Made by a program: the position numbers and the translations under genes. A stretch of 64,000 nt of DNA from positions 80,657 through 144,656 of the forward strand of contig JAXHVD010000012.1 of NCBI GenBank assembly GCA_034189385.1. Direction: 5' to 3'. A model generated the notes under the pieces. The model was not told the origin of the DNA and did no database searches. It saw only the letters and a program-made list of their open reading frames with translations. Position 1 is the stretch's first letter. Each line of letters opens with the position of its first letter. This DNA is from Thermodesulfobacteriota bacterium (GTDB lineage: Bacteria; Desulfobacterota; Desulfobacteria; Desulfobacterales; C00003060). Shown piece by piece: positions 1-8,969 of this stretch.

Positions 1-1668
1 AATCTCTCTGAATACCGGTGCCGCCACCACTCCGCCATAGTAGTGGCCCTTGGGTTCGTCTACAACCACCAGAATAACGATCTTGGGGTCTCCGACAGGG
101 ACGAATCCGACAAAGGCACTCAGGTGCTTGTCCGTCGCATATCCCTGTCCATTGGGATCAGTTTTCTGCGCTGTTCCTGTCTTTCCAGCTATCCGGTAAC
201 CTTTCAGGGCCGCCTGAACGCCGGTCCCTCCCTTGGCCACAACCCTCTCTAGCATAGCAGTCACTGCCCGTGCCGTTTCAGATGAAATAACCCGCCTGAT
301 GATCGTTGGCTCAATCCTTCTCACGAGCCGTCCTTGCCGGTCCGTCATCTCGTCAATCAGATAGGGTTTCATCAGGAATCCCTCATTGGCGATGGCAGCC
401 ACTGCCGTCGTAAGCTGCAAGGCTGAAACAGAGACACCTTGGCCGAAACAGGTGGCCAACGCGTCCATTGCTGATGAACTTCCAACAGGCTTCAGGATCC
501 CGGATCTTTCGTATGGCCAATCAACACCGGTTCTGTCCCCAAACCCAAAGGCTTTGAGTCTCTTGTGAAGCTCTTTGGGCCCGATCCTTTCTCCTACCTT
601 GGCGGCTCCAATATTGCTGGAGTATTTTAGGATGTTACTAAGTGAAAGGATTCCGTAAGGATGGAGGTCGTGGATGACATGGCTTCCGACCTTGTATGCC
701 CCATTCTCGCAGTGGAACTCGGCATCAGGCGTACAGAGCCCAGACTCTATGGCTGCAGCTGCGAGGAATATCTTGAAAGTGGAGCCAGGCTCGAAGAAAT
801 CGGTGATTGCACGATTCCTCCAGTACCATGGTTCGTGGAGTCCAAAGGTGTTGGGGTTAAACTGAGGCACATGAGCCATAGCTAGGATAGCCCCCGTGCT
901 GGGAACCATAACCACGGCCGTGCCTGACCTAGCTGAAAATTTCTTAATGCTATGAGACAGGGCTTGCTCAGCTATGTACTGGATGTCTTTGTCAATGGTT
1001 AAAATGAGGTTACATCCATCCCTATTCTCGATCGGTCTTGGACCCTCCGTGAACCAGTGGCCAAAGGCATCGCTGATGGCTGTCCAGCTGGTTTCCCGAC
1101 CCCTTAATAAGTCGTCATAGTAGTATTCAAGCCCCTCCAAACCCTTGCCGTCAATGCCACAGAACCCGATAACCTGCGCGGCTAGGGCCTTTTGCGGATA
1201 AACCCGGCGTGACTCAGTACGAAAATCTACACCATCTAATGCCATGTTTCTGACCGCCGACGCCTCTCTTGGACTTACATGACGCTTCACCCAGACAAAG
1301 CGTCTGCCCGAAGTAAGTCTCTGCAAGATAAGTCCTTGCTCCATGTCCAAAACCTGAGACAGTGCTAAAGCAGTTCGTTTTGCAGAATAAGTCAGCTTGG
1401 GATAGGCACAGATAGAGGAGGCGTCAATACTGACGGCCAACTCTCTGAAGTTTCGGTCATAAATGGTTCCCCTTCTAGACGTCTTGCGAAGGGCTTTCTT
1501 GTACTGGCCTTCGGCGCGCTCACAGAGTTCAGGTCCGCTCAGAATCTGTAACTGAACACCACGGCCTATGATGACACCAAAGCAAAGGGCCAAAATCGTG
1601 CCAACGACAACGATTCGAAAACGAATCCATTTGATGGCCCTCATCTTTTTCCAACCGGCTGCTGTCAT
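1..1668 (-). CDS. ftsI: Penicillin-binding protein 3 / division transpeptidase, 3' end cut by the window edge
   Basis: Not in the ORF track. Manual translation gives an N-terminal TM segment (MRAIKWIRFRIVVVGTILALCFGVII), SxxK (FEPGSTFK), SxN (YSSNIG), KTG (AGKTGTAQK) and YYGGVVAAPVFREI. ATG at 1668 overlaps the ftsL stop; alternative ATG at 1644. Confidence 0.95.
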   Translation of the reverse strand, partial: MTAAGWKKMRAIKWIRFRIVVVGTILALCFGVIIGRGVQLQILSGPELCERAEGQYKKALRKTSRRGTIYDRNFRELAVSIDASSICAYPKLTYSAKRTALALSQVLDMEQGLILQRLTSGRRFVWVKRHVSPREASAVRNMALDGVDFRTESRRVYPQKALAAQVIGFCGIDGKGLEGLEYYYDDLLRGRETSWTAISDAFGHWFTEGPRPIENRDGCNLILTIDKDIQYIAEQALSHSIKKFSARSGTAVVMVPSTGAILAMAHVPQFNPNTFGLHEPWYWRNRAITDFFEPGSTFKIFLAAAAIESGLCTPDAEFHCENGAYKVGSHVIHDLHPYGILSLSNILKYSSNIGAAKVGERIGPKELHKRLKAFGFGDRTGVDWPYERSGILKPVGSSSAMDALATCFGQGVSVSALQLTTAVAAIANEGFLMKPYLIDEMTDRQGRLVRRIEPTIIRRVISSETARAVTAMLERVVAKGGTGVQAALKGYRIAGKTGTAQKTDPNGQGYATDKHLSAFVGFVPVGDPKIVILVVVDEPKGHYYGGVVAAPVFREI

Positions 1669-1955
1669 TTAAGCACAAAAATCTTGCTCGGGTCAGGTGC
1701 CTCCAAACCTCTTTCCTCAGCTATTGGCTTGATTCGCTCCCGGGATCTCAACCAAGCCTCTTCTATTTTCAACTTACGGTGTAGTTCGGTCAGACGCTGT
1801 CTCGTTTGTCTGGCCTCTTCAATTTCGAATCCTGTCTGCACATACTGGACCCTACACCAACTGTAGACCAGTAGTTGCGCCATGAAAATTACAATAAGTG
1901 CCACCCATATGCCCATTGATCCGCTGCGCCCCATGGTAGACTCTGGACTTTTCAT
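1665..1955 (-). CDS. ftsL: Cell division protein FtsL
   Basis: 96 aa, one TM helix followed by a coiled coil ending LRSRERIKPIAEERGL; lies between rsmH and ftsI. Confidence 0.82.
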   Translation of the reverse strand: MKSPESTMGRSGSMGIWVALIVIFMAQLLVYSWCRVQYVQTGFEIEEARQTRQRLTELHRKLKIEEAWLRSRERIKPIAEERGLEAPDPSKIFVLK

Positions 1956-1965
1956 TGGTTCCCCC

Positions 1966-2901
1966 CTAAATCCGTTCTACTGCCCGTAGCTTGGCACTTC
2001 GAGACATAGGATTCGCCAGGACCTCCGCCGAGTCTGGTTGCACGGGCCGTTTGGTCAAAATGCGCACTTGGGGTCTTTTGCCACAAACACAACGGGGAAA
2101 ATCCCTTGGACACTCACATCCCCGGGCAAAGGCCCTGAAATGTCTCTTGACCATTCTGTCCTCAAGTGAATGAAATGATATAATGCAAAGCCGCCCCCCC
2201 ATGTTTAACAGCCCCAATGCCCCCTCCAGAAAGATCCTCAAGGATCTCAGTTCCTGATTCACCTCAATCCTTAGGGCCTGAAACGTGCGGGTTGCGGGAT
2301 GAATTCGCCGGGAACGATATCGGGCTGGGATGGCCTTTTTCACAACTTCGGCCAGATGCAAGCTCGATCGAATAGCCCCCTGGAGGCGCTCCCTCACAAT
2401 GCTTCTGGCAATGCGGCCAGCCCAACGCTCTTCTCCATACCGGGCTATAAGCGTTGCAAGCTCTTTTTCTGACAGCCTGTTTACGAGCACTTCAGCCGGT
2501 TTACCTTTCTCTGGGTTCATTCGCATGTCCAAAGTTTCCTCACGCATGAAACTGAAACCGCGCATGCTCCTTTCCAATTGATACAGGGAAAGGCCTAGAT
2601 CTAGCAGAATCCCGTCCACACCGGTTGTGTGCATTCGAGAAAGGATTTCTGGGAGCTCTGTGAAATTCGCGTGAAAGATTCTAACGTTGGATTTGTACTG
2701 TTGGAGAGCTTCCCGGGCAAAGGCAACGGCCACGGGATCTTGGTCGACACCGATGAGATATCCATCTGGACCAATGGCTCGCAAAATGGCTTGGGCATGG
2801 CCTCCCCCCCCTAATGTACCATCCACGTATGTCTTGCCAGGCGAGCAGTCAAGATAGTCAATGACTTCCTTGACCATGACCGAAATATGGCGATATCGCA
2901 T
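1966..2901 (-). CDS. rsmH: 16S rRNA m4C1402 methyltransferase RsmH (MraW)
   Basis: Motifs HISVM, VDGTLGGGGH, LDLGLS, TRTFQALRIEVNQE, ISFHSLEDR, NPMSRSAKLR. Confidence 0.97.
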   Translation of the reverse strand: MRYRHISVMVKEVIDYLDCSPGKTYVDGTLGGGGHAQAILRAIGPDGYLIGVDQDPVAVAFAREALQQYKSNVRIFHANFTELPEILSRMHTTGVDGILLDLGLSLYQLERSMRGFSFMREETLDMRMNPEKGKPAEVLVNRLSEKELATLIARYGEERWAGRIARSIVRERLQGAIRSSLHLAEVVKKAIPARYRSRRIHPATRTFQALRIEVNQELRSLRIFLEGALGLLNMGGRLCIISFHSLEDRMVKRHFRAFARGCECPRDFPRCVCGKRPQVRILTKRPVQPDSAEVLANPMSRSAKLRAVERI

Positions 2902-2914
2902 GGCCCTGTTACCC

Positions 2915-3361
2915 TCAGAGCCCCAAAGCAGCGACCTCGTTTCTCATATCTTCTTTCTTCATATCGTTCTGGAGCTGAATATCCTGATCGAGGTATCCTT
3001 CTCTTGCCCATATCTCAAAGTGATCCAACACGCCAACTAGGACCACCTCTTTGTTCAAGCCAGCGTACTGCCGCAGCGACGGTGGGATCAGAATACGTCC
3101 CTGCTTATCCAGCGCACATTCAAAGGCACCCCCGATGAAAATCCTCCGAAATCGCCGCATGTTCTCGCTCTTCACAGCCATGTTGAGGATGCGCTGCTCA
3201 ACCTTGCTCCACTCTTCAAGGGTGTAGCACATCAGTGCTCCGTCCATTTTTGACACCATGAGCCCGTCTACGTCGCTCTCCTTCAAAGCGTCGCGAAAGC
3301 GGGCCGGTATGATCAATCGGCCTTTGGCATCCAGATTGTGGAAAGAACTGCCTCGAAACAT
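2915..3361 (-). CDS. mraZ: Division/cell wall cluster transcriptional repressor MraZ
   Basis: MFRG start and two DxKGR/DxQGR SpoVT-AbrB repeats, plus VGVLDHFEIW. ATG at 3361 preferred over the track's TTG at 3373. Confidence 0.96.
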   Translation of the reverse strand: MFRGSSFHNLDAKGRLIIPARFRDALKESDVDGLMVSKMDGALMCYTLEEWSKVEQRILNMAVKSENMRRFRRIFIGGAFECALDKQGRILIPPSLRQYAGLNKEVVLVGVLDHFEIWAREGYLDQDIQLQNDMKKEDMRNEVAALGL

Positions 3362-3365
3362 GTTC

Positions 3366-3410
3366 CCACTCAACTCTACTTACCTCCACTTTGAACCACT
3401 TTTCACCCCA
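3366..3410 (-). promoter_or_regulatory. MraZ-binding direct repeats (dcw boxes)
   Basis: Minus strand reads TGGGG-N5-AGTGG-N5-AGTGG-N5-AGTAG-N5-AGTGG at exact 10-bp periodicity, directly upstream of the mraZ ATG. This matches the known GTGG-type MraZ repeats. Confidence 0.78.
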
Positions 3411-3632
3411 ATATAGGCAAAAACTTAGAATGTCAAGTGAAAAATATTTTCAGTGCATTCTTTTCTTAAATAATTCGAAAGTGTTAAAACTAAGCTTGCG
3501 ATATGATGATAGGTGGTTCTTTGTGGTGCAAAGCTGACAAACAGGATGTAGTACGAGGGAGCCTAAGACATACTATATGAGACACAACGCCTGCCCAGAG
3601 AACCAGTACCTGGCAAACCAGAGACTCTTGAA

Positions 3633-4643
3633 CTAGTGCCGACTTGACCGGCGACGTTGATACCGGTCCACCATTATATTGTGCTCGGCCAGCGTGGAAG
3701 AAAAGTGATGGGAGCCGTCGTTCTTTGACACGAAATAGAGGTAGGGTTGCTTCGATGAATAAAGAACAGCCTCCATGGAGGCCTGCCCGGGATTTGAAAT
3801 GGGCCCGGCAGGCAGGCCCGCAATGCGATAAGTATTGTACGGGGTGAAGGTTTCGAGGTCCTTGCGGGTCAAGTTCCCGTCAAAACCCTTGATGCCATAG
3901 ATAACCGTCGGATCACTCTCCAGGCCCATACCGAGCCTGAGCCTATTTAGAAACACGGCTGCAATGAGGGGCCGCTCTTCAGATTTGGCGGTCTCTTTCT
4001 CCACGATTGACGCAAGCGTAATGACCTCCTGGGTACTGAGCCCCATTTCTCGAGCGCGCTCAGCCCATGCCGGCGTGAAGATCGAGCGGAAATGGGAAAC
4101 CATTGTTCGTATGATCTTCTCGGCGGAAACCCCCTTGGCAAAGCGATAAGTCTCTGGAAAAAGATAGCCCTCAAAGGTGTCACCTTCCACCCCAAGGGCT
4201 TTTGTGAAACTGGGGTCTGACGCTTTCTCCAAAAAGGTCTCCTGTGATACAAGCCCTGCGGTTTCAAGGATCTGGCCAATCCTGAAGATCGTAGACCCTT
4301 CTGGGACAACCACTTTGTGCAAAAGCGCTTTGCCACGGACCAAGGTTTCCAATATAGCCGTAGGAGCCATAGGACTCCGGAGAAGGTATTCCCCTGCCCG
4401 GATTCGCCTCTCGTCCCCTTTAAGATAGGCAAGCCATCGAAATCTTTTCGGGTGTCGGACTATTCCGACTCTCTGCAATTGGACAACTGTCTCGGCAAAG
4501 CTCTCTCCCGGCCTTATCCAAACGGCAACCGTTGCCCCAGATGACTGCTGGGGTGTCGTAGCGTATCGATAGAAAGAAAGACCCATCCACAGAGCTACAA
4601 CACAAAAGACGGCCGCCACCACGAGGATGATGCTAGCTTTCAC
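3633..4643 (-). CDS. mltG: Endolytic transglycosylase MltG (YceG family)
   Basis: N-terminal TM; motifs EGYLFPETY, LASIVEKE, LESDPTVIYG, PYNTY...GLPAGPISNPG, YLYFVS. Confidence 0.95.
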   Translation of the reverse strand: MKASIILVVAAVFCVVALWMGLSFYRYATTPQQSSGATVAVWIRPGESFAETVVQLQRVGIVRHPKRFRWLAYLKGDERRIRAGEYLLRSPMAPTAILETLVRGKALLHKVVVPEGSTIFRIGQILETAGLVSQETFLEKASDPSFTKALGVEGDTFEGYLFPETYRFAKGVSAEKIIRTMVSHFRSIFTPAWAERAREMGLSTQEVITLASIVEKETAKSEERPLIAAVFLNRLRLGMGLESDPTVIYGIKGFDGNLTRKDLETFTPYNTYRIAGLPAGPISNPGQASMEAVLYSSKQPYLYFVSKNDGSHHFSSTLAEHNIMVDRYQRRRSSRH

Positions 4644-4860
4644 AACCCACTGCCCCTATATCAGACCCGTTGAAGCTGCAAGAAGTCTTACCTGAACCGG
4701 CCCTAGCATTTTTGGAAACCTCAGATATCATACAAAGACAGCTTGCCTCCCCTTTTCAAATGACGCTCTTTCCACCCACATCTAGAGACCGCACAATATT
4801 ACGTAGGTGAAGTTCGGTCAAGGGTTCAGGGGCCTGGCTGCCAAGAGGAAAGCCCTTTTT

Positions 4861-5634
4861 GCCTGGCAGGCTATGCCTCGGGGTGGCGATCTGTACCTTG
4901 AGACCAAGAACGTATGCCTAGATCAGAACTACACCCAGGCCTTTAGTGTGAAGTCCGGCAAATATGTACAGATATCTGCCACAGATACAGGAATGGGCAT
5001 GGGTGAGGAGACCCGGCAGAGGGTATTTGAGCCGTTTTTCACTACCAAGGAGATGGGCGGGGGAACAGGCCTGGGTTTGGCCTCTGCTCATGGGATTATC
5101 AAGAATCACGGTGGGATCATCGACGTGTATGGCAGGCCAGGTCAGGGACCACTTTCAACATCTATCTCCCGGCCTCGGAAAAGGCCATAACAAAAAACAA
5201 GGAGCCGCTGGTAGACATATTGGGGGGCACAGAGCCCGTTCTTCTTGTGGACGACGAGGAGATGATAGTAGCTGTTGGCAGAGAGATACTAACAGCGTTA
5301 GGCTACCGTGTGATGGTAGCCCCAAGCGGCAAAAAAGCGGTAGCCCTTTACGAGAAGAACAAGGACAGGGGCGACATGGTCATCCTAGACCTGATCATGT
5401 TTGACATGGGCGGAGGCGAAGTCTATGATAGGCTGAAGGAAATCAACCCCAAGGTCAAGTGTCCTTTCAAGTGGGTACAGCATAGACGGCCAAGCAAATG
5501 AGATAATGGAAAGGGGCTGTGATGGATTTATCCAGAAACCCTTTGATATAAGTGAGGCATCGGAAAAACTAAGGGACATTCTGGGAAAAAAATGGATCTG
5601 CCTACTAGTAGCAGGCAAGATGAATCCAAGCTGA
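4861..5634 (+). pseudogene. Relic of a hybrid histidine kinase (HATPase_c + receiver), 5'-truncated with two frameshifts
   Basis: AWQAMP...DTGMGM...FEPFFTTK...GTGLGL, a frameshift near 5148 into TTFNIYLP...LLVDDE...LDLIM, and a frameshift near 5465 into SGYSIDG...GFIQKPF. No HisKA or sensor domain. Confidence 0.85.
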
Positions 5635-5666
5635 CGAAGATTAGGGTAGAAGGCTGAAAGCAATGA

Positions 5667-6431
5667 TCACAGTTGGCCCAGCATCAGCTGTATGGCCGCA
5701 CTTGCTAAGCCTGTGGCCTTCGAATTTGGGTCTGACGGGTCACAGCCTCTTCGACACTCCGTCCCATCTGACTGACCGTCCCCGTCCGAATCCCTGTCCA
5801 CCAGGTTAATGAGTCCGTCATTGTCATCATCGGCATCCCACTCCTCACCCCAGTAAGCCAACTCGTCGCCATCATTGAGTCCGTCACCGTCAGTATCCAT
5901 TCTGTCTGGATCAGTCCCATATTCATTTATCTCATCATAGTCTGCTATTCCATCCCCGTCCCTGTCCGCTGGTATGAAAGTATAGGTTACCTCGTCAGAA
6001 TATCCACTTTGATTGCCATACTCATCATAAGCGGTAGCAGCAAAGTAGTAGGTCTGGCCGTCTTCAAAACGTGATTCTGAGATGGCGCAAGTCGTATAGT
6101 CTCCCACATCAACACTCCATACATAGTCTCCACTAGATGTTCCGTAGTAAACCATATAGCCGGCGAGATCGGGCTCTGGATTGGCGCTCCATTCCAATAT
6201 GACTACAGCAGAATAGGCCGAGCTAGGAATGAACATCAAGGCTATTGGCAAAACACATGTGAAGGCTAAGGACCTGGCCAGTGCAAAGAATGGAATGAAT
6301 AGCGAGAAAGGAAACACCAGGCGCAACGCGCGAGGATCAAGCAACCGGTTGCATAAAGACACATGAGCAAGCCCTTTGTGTGAAGCCTTTTTGCCAGCTT
6401 CGTTTGTGTTTGACTCAGCAAACGCTGACAT
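5667..6431 (-). CDS. Secreted/surface protein with a fibronectin type III domain and DxDxDG Ca-binding (thrombospondin-3-like) repeats
   Basis: Hydrophobic leader ending AYSA; Fn3 motifs LEWSANPEPDLAGY and YYFAATAYD...S; DRDGDG/DTDGDG/DSDGDG repeats. GGAGG precedes ATG 6431; the track's start at 6494 lies inside the riboswitch. Confidence 0.8.
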   Translation of the reverse strand: MSAFAESNTNEAGKKASHKGLAHVSLCNRLLDPRALRLVFPFSLFIPFFALARSLAFTCVLPIALMFIPSSAYSAVVILEWSANPEPDLAGYMVYYGTSSGDYVWSVDVGDYTTCAISESRFEDGQTYYFAATAYDEYGNQSGYSDEVTYTFIPADRDGDGIADYDEINEYGTDPDRMDTDGDGLNDGDELAYWGEEWDADDDNDGLINLVDRDSDGDGQSDGTECRRGCDPSDPNSKATGLASAAIQLMLGQL

Positions 6432-6491
6432 CAGAGCACCTCCGTAGTTCCCTGAGCCGCGTAGACCGCAGCACTCTGGAGATGCTGAATC

Positions 6492-6584
6492 CACCCGGCA
6501 GCCCTGCTGCCATACCCGCCTCTGGCGGCCTTAGGCCAGCGACTTTGCGTCCCACCCTTTCGGATGGTTTGCCTTTTTCGGACG
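6492..6584 (-). ncRNA. c-di-GMP-I (GEMM-I) riboswitch
   Basis: Minus strand: CGTCCGAAAAAGGCAAACCATCCGAAAGGGTGGGACGCAAAGTCGCTGGCCTAAGG...GGCAGCAGGGCTGCCGGGTG. It has the GCAAACC/GAAA tetraloop/GGGACGCAAAG core, a CCTAA receptor-like segment and a P1 helix (CGTCCG/CGGGTG). Confidence 0.92.
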
Positions 6585-6619
6585 ATTATTCGTCTTGTTT
6601 CCCTTGTCCCTGGACATAG

Positions 6620-6636
6620 AGCAATTCCCGTGCCAT
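6620..6636 (-). promoter_or_regulatory. Sigma54 (-24/-12) promoter for the riboswitch transcript
   Basis: ATGGCACGGGAATTGCT matches TGGCACG-N4-TTGC, about 35 nt upstream of the riboswitch. Confidence 0.72.
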
Positions 6637-6888
6637 CGCCACGCTTAGCGAAGGAAACCCTTTAACAGAAAGACTGTCTGCAAAACCGGGGCTGCTAGAG
6701 CAAAGATTCTGTTGGACCTTTAATCACACAACTGTAATTCGAATTACTAAACGGTCATCTAGAACGATGCTACGGCTTAAAGAAAGGCGAGCTGAAAAAA
6801 GACCTAAACTCACAGGGTAGCCCAGCATATATATAGAAATGGGAGACCCAGTGCGTCATAGACAACTGGAATAGGAACAGGAAAAACG

Positions 6889-6905
6889 TTGGCATAAACC
6901 CTGCA
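6889..6905 (+). promoter_or_regulatory. Putative sigma54 promoter for the inhibitor-peptidase operon
   Basis: TTGGCATAAACCCTGCA has correct GG-N10-GC spacing but an imperfect -12 element. Confidence 0.5.
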
Positions 6906-6952
6906 GAGCATCTCAAGACATGAGAACAAATTGGCTAAGACAAGGGGGCATA

Positions 6953-7402
6953 ATGAGATTATTTAATGTATCAGGAAAGTTGGCTTTTCTGTTCATCGTG
7001 CTAGGCATTTTTCTGCCCTGTGAGATTGCCCAGCAAGCCGTGAATTTCCCCAAAGCATACGCACAAGAGGAGTCCTTCAACCCGGATACCCGGGTATTCA
7101 CTCTTGCCAACAACAATGATGCGGCGCCAATACGAGTAGGCGAAACGTTTCACATCGTCCTGGAGGCGAACCCAAGCACGGGCTACTCCTGGCACGTTGG
7201 CGGGGTCGACACCTCCATTTTGCAGACAGGGAAAGTGAAGTTTCAACGCACCTCTGAACTGTTGGGAGCCCCTGAAGAGCAAATCATTCCTTTTTCTGCC
7301 TTAAAGAGTGGGAACACCACTGTAGACCTGCGCTACATGAGACCTTGGGAGAAACAGAGTCGGTTGCAGAATTACATTATAAACGTGATGGTAGCAAAAT
7401 AG
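6953..7402 (+). CDS. Secreted chagasin-family cysteine peptidase inhibitor (MEROPS I42)
   Basis: Signal peptide; chagasin loops NPSTGYSW, LLGAP and YMRPWE. Start is 6953 or 6920. Confidence 0.9.
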   Translation: MRLFNVSGKLAFLFIVLGIFLPCEIAQQAVNFPKAYAQEESFNPDTRVFTLANNNDAAPIRVGETFHIVLEANPSTGYSWHVGGVDTSILQTGKVKFQRTSELLGAPEEQIIPFSALKSGNTTVDLRYMRPWEKQSRLQNYIINVMVAK

Positions 7403-7418
7403 ACAGAGGGAAAAGAAG

Positions 7419-8969
7419 ATGAGGAGACTAAACGCTGCCCTGATTATATGTCTAGGTTTCTTCTTCGGTCTATGCGGTCTTGTCCAAGGGACAGATCTTC
7501 CCACGAGATGGGATTGGAGAAACCACAACGGCGTCACAGCAGTCAGGAATCAGGGTTCCTGCGGGTCCTGTTGGGCCTTTGCCTCAGCGGCCACCATGGA
7601 ATCTGCAATCCTGATCAATGACGGGTCTGAAGTCAACCTTTCCGAACAGCATCTTGTGTCCTGCAACCTTAATGGTTGGGGTTGTGGGGGTGGATGGATA
7701 GCCCTTCCATACTACTTAAATAGACAAGACTCCACCGGAGAAATCGGCACCGTCATGGAATCGTGCTTTGCTTATTTAGCATCAAATGTAGCCTGCACGT
7801 GCGCGGGGTGTGATCGTGTTCATGAGCTTCTCGACTGGGGGCTTGTTCCCGGTGCCACTTATTGGAGTCCCCCTAGCGATGAGCAACTGAAGACCTACAT
7901 CTACACCTACGGGCCTATTTTTGCTGCCTTGGACACGCACACGTGGTGTTTGCTAAACCCCAGTACGGGGGCATCGGGTTCATGCAGCGGAAATAACGGA
8001 GAGTGCAATCATGCTATTTTGATCGTGGGTTGGGATGATGATTTTAAAGGCAGTGGGAACGGATGCTGGATCATCAAGAATTCCTGGAATACGTGGTGGC
8101 AAGACGGCGGATTTGGATATGTCAAATACGGCACCGGTAGCGTGGGAACGGCCGCTTCTTGGGTAGAGTATTATGGCGCCGGTGGTCTGGAGTGCGACAA
8201 CGCCATAGACCTGACCCCTTATCATCCCTATGACGGGACCACGGTAGGGGGCGCGTCCAGAGTTGATGCATATAGCTGTGACGACAACTTAACGGGCCCT
8301 GAAAAGGTCCATCGCATCACCACCACCACAGATGGTGACATTGCTGCAACGCTTAGCAATCATGCGGTCAATCTGGATGTGCTCATCCTCAGTGCCTGCG
8401 ACTCTGATACCTGCTATGACTATGCCTCAGGAACTGGTAGCATCACTGCTACCTATCCAAATGCCCCGGCAGGGACCTATTACATAGTGGTGGATGGTAG
8501 CTATGGTGCCAGCGGCTCATACACCCTCACCGTAGCAACGGGCTTAGACTGCGCAAGCGCTGTCAGCTTATCCCCCCGCGTAGCCTATGACGGGAACACG
8601 TCGGAAGGACCCTCTATGATCCATTCATATACGGGTACAGGCGGTTCTTATGAGAATATGACAGGCCCTGAGAGCCTCCATAAAATTATCGCATTCAAAG
8701 GCGGTGGAGACGTTACAGCAACCTTAAACGCCGGTCACGCATCGGGCCTTGAAGTCTTTATCGTGAGACCCTGTGACCCGGCTAGCTGCCTTGCCCATGC
8801 TTCTGGGACGGGGGAAATCACGGCGACCTATCCCAATGCTCCTGTTGGGACCTATTTTATTGTGGTAGATGGCAGCTATGGGGCCAGCGGATCATACACC
8901 CTCACTGCAAATGCCCTTTGGGCGGCAGGGAAAGGCCTGCCGTGGGTGAACTCCTTGTTGCTGGAATAG
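7419..8969 (+). CDS. Secreted papain-family (C1A) cysteine peptidase with two C-terminal PPC-like beta domains
   Basis: Signal peptide followed directly by LPTRWDWR; catalytic motifs QGSCGSCWAF, NHAILIVGW, WIIKNSW; duplicated TYPNAP.GTY.IVVDGSYGASGSYTLT module. Confidence 0.93.
   Translation: MRRLNAALIICLGFFFGLCGLVQGTDLPTRWDWRNHNGVTAVRNQGSCGSCWAFASAATMESAILINDGSEVNLSEQHLVSCNLNGWGCGGGWIALPYYLNRQDSTGEIGTVMESCFAYLASNVACTCAGCDRVHELLDWGLVPGATYWSPPSDEQLKTYIYTYGPIFAALDTHTWCLLNPSTGASGSCSGNNGECNHAILIVGWDDDFKGSGNGCWIIKNSWNTWWQDGGFGYVKYGTGSVGTAASWVEYYGAGGLECDNAIDLTPYHPYDGTTVGGASRVDAYSCDDNLTGPEKVHRITTTTDGDIAATLSNHAVNLDVLILSACDSDTCYDYASGTGSITATYPNAPAGTYYIVVDGSYGASGSYTLTVATGLDCASAVSLSPRVAYDGNTSEGPSMIHSYTGTGGSYENMTGPESLHKIIAFKGGGDVTATLNAGHASGLEVFIVRPCDPASCLAHASGTGEITATYPNAPVGTYFIVVDGSYGASGSYTLTANALWAAGKGLPWVNSLLLE

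Noticed and set aside
43..885. Short plus-strand ORFs in the track
   Set aside because: They are antisense shadows of ftsI. The same applies to most short ORFs overlapping long genes across the window.
3410..3436. TTGACA...TATATT as the mraZ promoter
   Set aside because: The spacer is only 15 nt; plausible but not supportable as a feature.
6492..6584. cGAMP-sensing (GEMM-Ib) variant of the riboswitch
   Set aside because: The discriminating position is G, not A.
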